From: Alphaproteobacteria bacterium
Lineage (GTDB): Bacteria > Pseudomonadota > Alphaproteobacteria > UBA828
Reading direction: 5' to 3'
Assembly (NCBI GenBank): GCA_965221125.1
Contig: CBDCRW010000004.1
Coordinates: forward strand, 864,001 to 928,000
DNA: 64,000 nucleotides
Below the pieces are notes generated by a model. It saw only the letters and a list, made by a program, of their open reading frames with translations. It ran no database searches and was not told the origin of the DNA. The translations under genes and the position numbers were made by a program. Of this stretch, positions 58,741 through 64,000 are shown in pieces (within the stretch, counting starts at the first letter, position 1; every line of letters begins with the position of its first letter).

Positions 58741-59646
58741 ATGTGCGGCGTCGGCGGCGTCTTCTTCAAGACCACCGAGCATCATCGCAAGACCGGCGAG
58801 ATCGCCTACCACGTGCTGGACGGCATCTATCGGCGCGGGCCGGACTCCACCGGGCTCGCCTTCGTCCAGCCGGCGGGCGAGGACCGCCTCTACGTCGGCA
58901 TCAATTGCGAGGAGCCGGGCGGCGGCGGGCGGGCGCTCGCGCTGCTCGACGAGCTCGGCCGGGTCGAGAGCGCCACCGACGGCGAGGGGTTCATCAGGAC
59001 CACGATCCGCTACGACGGCGACGATGCGGCGCTGGTGGACGCGATCGACGGCCTCGGGCCCGCCTACAGCGTCGCCAGCATCGGCCGCCGGCTCGAGGTG
59101 CTGAAGCACCTGGGCGGCGTGGACAACCTCGAGGACAAATTCACCATCACCGACTACGACGGGCCGATGGCGATGGGGCTCACCCGCTACGCGACGGAGA
59201 GCCAGATCGACTTCACCCACGGGCAGCCGCTTTCGGCGAGGCTGCATCGCGACCTCGCGATCATGCACAACGGCCACATCACGAACTTCCACCACCTGCG
59301 CTACCACTACGAGCATGCGGGCTACACCTTCACCACGAGCAACGATTCGGAGGTCATTGCCGTGGCGCTGGTGGACGAGATGGGGAAGGGCGCGAGCTTC
59401 CGCGAAGCGCTGGAGCGTTCCGTCTCGATCCTCGACGGCTGCTTCACCTACATCGCCGCGACGGCGGACGAGGTGGGCGTCGTCAAGGACCCCTACGCCG
59501 CGAAGCCGCTGGTGGTGGGCGAGACGGACCGGCTGGTGGCGGTGTCCTCCGATTGCTGGGCGCTGCGCGACGGCGTGGGCGAGGACATCGAGGTCTGGGA
59601 GCCGGGAGCCGGCGAAGTGGTGACATGGCGGCTTCCAATTCACTGA
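58741..59646 (+). CDS. Class II (Ntn) glutamine amidotransferase, GlxB/MgsA-like
   Basis: MCGVGG N-terminal Cys, RGPDSTG, TRYATES, HNGHITN, NDSEV, LDG.FTY. Confidence 0.88.
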   Translation: MCGVGGVFFKTTEHHRKTGEIAYHVLDGIYRRGPDSTGLAFVQPAGEDRLYVGINCEEPGGGGRALALLDELGRVESATDGEGFIRTTIRYDGDDAALVDAIDGLGPAYSVASIGRRLEVLKHLGGVDNLEDKFTITDYDGPMAMGLTRYATESQIDFTHGQPLSARLHRDLAIMHNGHITNFHHLRYHYEHAGYTFTTSNDSEVIAVALVDEMGKGASFREALERSVSILDGCFTYIAATADEVGVVKDPYAAKPLVVGETDRLVAVSSDCWALRDGVGEDIEVWEPGAGEVVTWRLPIH

Positions 59647-60329
59647 CCATCGACTGCGCCGGCAGGCCCACGCGCGCGATCAACGAGGAGATCCGCCGCG
59701 CCGCCGACGACGGCGTGCCGCAAGTCGAGCTTCTCAACCCGCAGGCGCGGCACAACCTCGGCGTCTCGATCCTGAAGCCCATTCATCTCGTCTATCGCGG
59801 CCATGTCGGCTCCTACACGGTCGGCCTCTGCGACGGCGTGACCGCCGAGATTCACGGCACCGCCGGCTGGGGCGTGGCCGACAACCTGATGAGCGGCGAG
59901 GTGGTCGTGCGCGGCAACGCGGCGACCTCCGCCGCGCCGTCCATCCGCGGCGGACGCGTCGTCGTGCGGGGCGATGCGGGGCCGCGCTCCGGCATGATCC
60001 TGAAGAAGGGCGAGCTCATCATCGGCGGCAATGCCGGCTACATGTCCGGCTTCATGATGCAGAACGGCCGCATGGTCGTCTGCGGCGACGCCGATACGGG
60101 CTTGGGCGATTCCATGTATCAGGGCGTCATATTCCTTGGCGGCAAGGCCGAGGAACTCGGCTCCGGGCTCGCGCAGGTCGATGCCGAGAATGGCGAGCTC
60201 GAAGAGGTGGCGGAGCTGCTCGACCGCTTCGAGATCAAGGCGCCCAAGTCGTTCCGCAAGCTCCAGTCGGACCGCAAGTTGTGGCACTTCAACAAGCACG
60301 ACTTCGCGGCCTGGAAGGACGTGCTATGA
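59625..60329 (+). CDS. GXGXG beta-helix protein (glutamate synthase C-terminal domain; GlxC/MgsB-like)
   Basis: NPQARHNLGV, GTAGWGVADNLMSG, GNAGYMSGFM, GLGDSMY.G. Confidence 0.88.
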   Translation: MAASNSLTIDCAGRPTRAINEEIRRAADDGVPQVELLNPQARHNLGVSILKPIHLVYRGHVGSYTVGLCDGVTAEIHGTAGWGVADNLMSGEVVVRGNAATSAAPSIRGGRVVVRGDAGPRSGMILKKGELIIGGNAGYMSGFMMQNGRMVVCGDADTGLGDSMYQGVIFLGGKAEELGSGLAQVDAENGELEEVAELLDRFEIKAPKSFRKLQSDRKLWHFNKHDFAAWKDVL

Positions 60330-61738
60330 GCGAGACCCCGAGCGAATCCGCACCTGCCCACGCGGGCGATTCCAGCGTCGAAGTCGTGGACGAGGCGGCG
60401 CCCGCGCCCAACGGCGCCTATCCGCGTCCGCCCGGCTTCAGCGGCGTCTGGCCGCCGGAGGTGATCGAGGAGATCCAGGAGAAGGCGGCGCTCGGGCGCT
60501 ACCAGATCCGCGGCCAGGCGACCAAGCGGCAGGGCCTGCCCTCCTTCGACGACCTCGTGTTCGTGCCGGCCGGCCTCTCGCGCATGCCGCTGGAGGGCTA
60601 CCGCGAGAAGTGCGACACGCGCGTCGTCATCGGCGAGGGCGCCTGCGAGAACCCGCTGGTGCTGGAGCGACCCATCATGATCGCGGGCATGAGCTTCGGC
60701 GCGCTCTCGGTCCACGCCAAGCGCGCGCTCGGCACGGCGGCGAGCCGCTGCGGCATCTCAACCTGCACCGGCGAAGGCGGCATGCACCACGAGGAGCGCC
60801 GCTACTCCGACAAGCTGGTGATGCAGTACCTGCCGAGCCGCTACGGCATGAACCCCTACGACCTCAAGAAGGCCGACATGATCGAGATCGGCTGCGGGCA
60901 GGGGGCGAAGCCTGGCACCGGCGGCGTGCTGCTGGGGCTCAAGATGTCGGACGAGGTGGCGGAGATGCGCGACCTGCCGGAAGGCGTGGACCAGCGCAGC
61001 CCCTGCCGCCATCCCGACTGGATGGGCGCGGACGACCTCTACATGAAGCTGGAGGAGATCCGCGAGGTCACCGAGTACAAGGTGCCGATCTCGATCAAGG
61101 TGGGCGCCGCGCGCATCGCGAACGACGTGCGCATCGCGGCGAAGGCCGGAGTCGACGCCATCGTCTTCGACGGCATAGAGGGGGGCACCGCGGCCTCGCC
61201 CACGATCCAGCTCGACCATGCCGGGATACCGACGGTCGCCGCCATCGCCGAGGCGGCGGAAGCGCTCGCCGAGGTGGGCAAGAAGGACAAGATGAAGCTC
61301 ATCGTGGGCGGCGGCATCCGCAACGGGGCGGACGCGGCGAAGTGCATCGCCTTGGGCGCCGACGTGGTCTACCTCGGCACCGCGCCGATCATCGCCATGG
61401 GCTGCCACAAGCCGATCTACCTGGAGGACTACGCGCGGCTAGGGACCTCGCCCTACGAGTGCCAGCACTGCCACACGGGCCTCTGCCCCGTCGGCATCAC
61501 CACGCAGCTGCCGAAGCTGATGGAGCGGCTCGACGTGGACGAGGCCGCCGACAGCGTCACCAACTATCTGAATGCGCTCACCATGGAGATCCAGCTCTTC
61601 GCCCGCGCCTGCGGCAAGAACCGGGTGAGCGACCTCGACCCCAACGACCTCCGCGCACTCACCCACGACGTGGCGATGATGACCGGCGTGGACATGGTCG
61701 GCCTCGGCGGCCGCACGCCGTGGTGGAAGAAGTTCTAG
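60326..61738 (+). CDS. FMN-binding glutamate synthase family protein (GlxD/MgsC-like)
   Basis: IAGMSFGALS, TGEGG, GQGAKPGTGG, RSPCRHPDW, GGIRNGAD.AK..ALGAD, CQHCHTG.CP.GITTQ. Confidence 0.92.
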   Translation: MSETPSESAPAHAGDSSVEVVDEAAPAPNGAYPRPPGFSGVWPPEVIEEIQEKAALGRYQIRGQATKRQGLPSFDDLVFVPAGLSRMPLEGYREKCDTRVVIGEGACENPLVLERPIMIAGMSFGALSVHAKRALGTAASRCGISTCTGEGGMHHEERRYSDKLVMQYLPSRYGMNPYDLKKADMIEIGCGQGAKPGTGGVLLGLKMSDEVAEMRDLPEGVDQRSPCRHPDWMGADDLYMKLEEIREVTEYKVPISIKVGAARIANDVRIAAKAGVDAIVFDGIEGGTAASPTIQLDHAGIPTVAAIAEAAEALAEVGKKDKMKLIVGGGIRNGADAAKCIALGADVVYLGTAPIIAMGCHKPIYLEDYARLGTSPYECQHCHTGLCPVGITTQLPKLMERLDVDEAADSVTNYLNALTMEIQLFARACGKNRVSDLDPNDLRALTHDVAMMTGVDMVGLGGRTPWWKKF

Positions 61739-61815
61739 AGCGCTATCCGACCGGATGGGATCGTTCGCGGTCGCCGTAGACTCACAGCTTCACACGCCGG
61801 GCGACCGAAAGGAAA

Positions 61816-62154
61816 CCCCTCCTCACCCCGGCCCTCTCCTCCCCCGAGGGATACCTCTGCGAAATCGGTTCTGCCGTGCATTGGGGGAAGTCTTCGGCGC
61901 TGGACGGTGCTGATGGAGCCGAATTTGCGGCTACCGTTGGACAATCTTGGGTGTGAATCGGTGGTTTGCGGGCGCGATGGAGCGTCAGCAGCCAGCCACA
62001 ACCCCTTTTCGCAGAGGTATCCCGAGGGGAGGAGAGGGAGAAGGGGCCGGTACGGCTATCGTTCCCCCTCCGCTCATCGGGGGCGACACCGGCGTCTGCG
62101 ACAGCGTCCCCCCTCCGCCCTTTGGGGGGAGGGGGACAGGGGGAGGTGGGAACC
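61816..62154. repeat. Composite REP-like repeat, copy 3 (interrupted by a MITE)
   Basis: CCTCACCCCGGCCCTCTCCTCCCC..GGGGAGGAGAGGGAGA and TCCCCCCTCCGCCCTTTGGGGGGAGGGGGACAGGGGGAGGTGGG; lies between convergent genes. Confidence 0.72.
61850..62021. mobile_element. 172-bp MITE with perfect TIR GATACCTCTGCGAAA
   Basis: Inverted copy TTTCGCAGAGGTATC at the right end; flanking duplication CCGAGG at 61844-61849 and 62022-62027. Confidence 0.82.
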
Positions 62155-62204
62155 TCGGGCCGTCGTGATCTCGTCGGGTCGGAAACCGCTCTATCTGGCC
62201 CGAT

Positions 62205-63206
62205 TCAGGCCGTAGGCGCGGGGTCCATCCACCCGGCGAAGGTCTCGCGGATCGCCGCGTCGTCGGCGCCGGCCATCAGCAGCAGCGTGAGCAGCAGGCG
62301 CGACTTGAGCCCGTCGAGCCAGCCGGCGCTGATCAGCCCGCGCGCCAGCAGGTCGATCTCCGAGCCCTTGAAGTCGTAGGTCCGGCGCAGCATCTCGCCG
62401 GCGCCGGTGCGGGACGCCATCACCACCGGCACGCGCCCGGCCGCCTCCACGAGCTTGTCGGCGACCCAGGCTGCGGCATGGCCGCCGCCGGTGCATTCCA
62501 TCACGATCCCCCGGTAGCCTGCCGCCAGCGCGTGCTCGATCAGCCGGCCGTCGTCGCCGAGCGTGACCGTGAGCAGCGCGACGGGCGCGGGCTCGGCGTC
62601 GCGGGCCACGGCGAGCGGGTGGCGGGGGCCGGGCGGGCCGGCGAGCCGCACCGCGCCTTCGGCGAACCAGCCGAGCGGGCCGAGCGGGCGTGAGCGGAAG
62701 GCTGCAGGGTTCGACGTCTCCCCCTTCTGCACGAAGCGTGCGGCGTGGATCTCGTCATTCATGACGACCGTGACGCCAAGACCCCGCGCCGGCCCGTGGG
62801 CCGCGAGGCGGACGGCGTTGAGCAGGTTGGCCGGCCCGTCGGGGCCGGCGAGCGTCGGGTTGCGCATGGCGCCGGTCACCACCACGGGGGCGTCGATGCC
62901 AAGGATGCGGTCGAGCACGAAGGCGGTCTCCTCCATCGTGTCGGTGCCGTGGGTGACGACCGCGCCGTGGGCGCCCTCCGCCACCGCCTGCTCGATGGCG
63001 TCCGCCAGCGCGAAGAGATCGGGGATCGTGACGGCAGGGCTCGGCAGCAGGCGGAAGGTCTCCGCCTCGACGGTCGCGACCTCGGCGAGCTGCGGCACCG
63101 CCTCCACCAGCGCATCGGCACCGAGCGAGGGCGTGACGCCGCGCGCGCCCTGCCCGGCCATGGCGATGGTCCCGCCCATGGCGAAGACGGCGATTTTCGG
63201 CAGCAT
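62205..63206 (-). CDS. L-asparaginase/glutaminase family protein
   Basis: MGGTIA, VVTHGTDTMEET, VVVTGAMR, DGPANL. Confidence 0.92.
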   Translation of the reverse strand: MLPKIAVFAMGGTIAMAGQGARGVTPSLGADALVEAVPQLAEVATVEAETFRLLPSPAVTIPDLFALADAIEQAVAEGAHGAVVTHGTDTMEETAFVLDRILGIDAPVVVTGAMRNPTLAGPDGPANLLNAVRLAAHGPARGLGVTVVMNDEIHAARFVQKGETSNPAAFRSRPLGPLGWFAEGAVRLAGPPGPRHPLAVARDAEPAPVALLTVTLGDDGRLIEHALAAGYRGIVMECTGGGHAAAWVADKLVEAAGRVPVVMASRTGAGEMLRRTYDFKGSEIDLLARGLISAGWLDGLKSRLLLTLLLMAGADDAAIRETFAGWMDPAPTA

Positions 63207-63305
63207 GGCGTACTCCTCGGTTTCGCTGGCGGGACGCGGCTCGGAACACACGCCGGCGGCCGATTGCGCTTCGACGCCGGGCCTCGGACAGGCTACCCTG
63301 AATCG

Positions 63306-63932
63306 ATGACGACGCGCACCGTGACACGCCGCCTGGCGCTGAGCGGGCTGGCCGCTGCGGCAGGGGCGATGGCAGTCCCGAGCTTCGCTCGCGCCTCGGG
63401 CTACGCGTTCACCGGCCCGGCGGCCGACCGCGGGCTGGGCCTCGCGCCGCCCGAGAAGTGCACCGCCGGCACGCGCTCGCGGTCGGCGGGGCCGTTCTAC
63501 ACGCCGGAGACGCCCCGGCGGGACAGCCTGCGCGAGCCGGACACGGTGGGCGAGCCGCTCGTCTTCGAGGGCCTGCTGCTCGCGCACGACTGCCGCCCGC
63601 TCGCCGGTGCCGTGATCGACATCTGGCATGCCGACGAGCACGGCCGCTACGACAACCGGGGCTTCCGCTATCGCGGCCACCAGTTCACCGATGCCGCCGG
63701 CGCCTTCCGCATCGAGACGATCCGGCCGGGGCACTACACCGGCCGCACGCCGCACATCCACGTGCGGGTGCAGGGGGAGGGGACCCCGCTGCTCACCACG
63801 CAGGTCTTCTTTCCCGACATGGAGGACGAGAACGCCGACGACTGGATCTTTCGCGACGACCTCGTGATGAGCCTCGAGCGCGCCGGCGGCGCCTGGCGGG
63901 GGCGCTTCGACTTCGTGCTGCCGCCGGCCTGA
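63306..63932 (+). CDS. Intradiol ring-cleavage dioxygenase-like protein with a Tat-type signal
   Basis: TRRLAL leader; GPFY, DIWHAD..GRYD, RPGHY.GRTPHIH. Confidence 0.88.
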   Translation: MTTRTVTRRLALSGLAAAAGAMAVPSFARASGYAFTGPAADRGLGLAPPEKCTAGTRSRSAGPFYTPETPRRDSLREPDTVGEPLVFEGLLLAHDCRPLAGAVIDIWHADEHGRYDNRGFRYRGHQFTDAAGAFRIETIRPGHYTGRTPHIHVRVQGEGTPLLTTQVFFPDMEDENADDWIFRDDLVMSLERAGGAWRGRFDFVLPPA

Positions 63933-64000
63933 TAAATCGTTCGGTCAGATCGGGCGCGCGGCGGCGTCGCGGCGCTCGATCCCGCGGTGCAGGCAGAGCA

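Noticed and set aside
61735-61770. CTAGAGCGCTATCCGACCGGATGGGATC resembling an alphaproteobacterial intergenic repeat end at the GltS stop
   Set aside because: Single short fragment with no partner end in the window; insufficient support.

Overview
High-GC bacterial chromosome segment, most consistent with an Alphaproteobacterium (hisZ-purA pair, YqgE, NnrS, alpha-type palindromic repeats); the taxonomic call is inference. The backbone is catabolic and transport genes: CoA transferase/hydratase/PrpB, a branched-chain ABC and a peptide ABC transporter, three amidases, two PhyH dioxygenases, MetE2, MttB-like methyltransferase, asparaginase and an intradiol dioxygenase, plus tRNA-Lys(UUU). Accessory features read from the sequence: (1) a KshA/Neverland-like Rieske oxygenase gene split in three by an IS256 element (8-bp TSD) and a 4.6-kb TG...CA transposon (5-bp TSD) encoding a DUF6431-like protein, a DDE transposase, an ExeA ATPase and a RecA/RepA-like ATPase, next to an MMPL/OM-barrel/LolA-like triad; (2) an orphan cI/cro-like switch; (3) a Cro-like HTH-SAM-methyltransferase fusion; (4) a GOLPH3/GPP34-cytochrome P450 fusion with an atypical I-helix; (5) an operon joining a split cucumopine-synthase/McbB-like pair to a three-gene glutamate-synthase-like module; (6) a MITE that frameshifts the native hisZ start but supplies a new in-frame ATG; (7) a decayed inverted tRNA-Lys copy, and several MITEs and REP-like repeats. 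No CRISPR array or rRNA seen. All family calls come from motif recognition by eye, not database searches.
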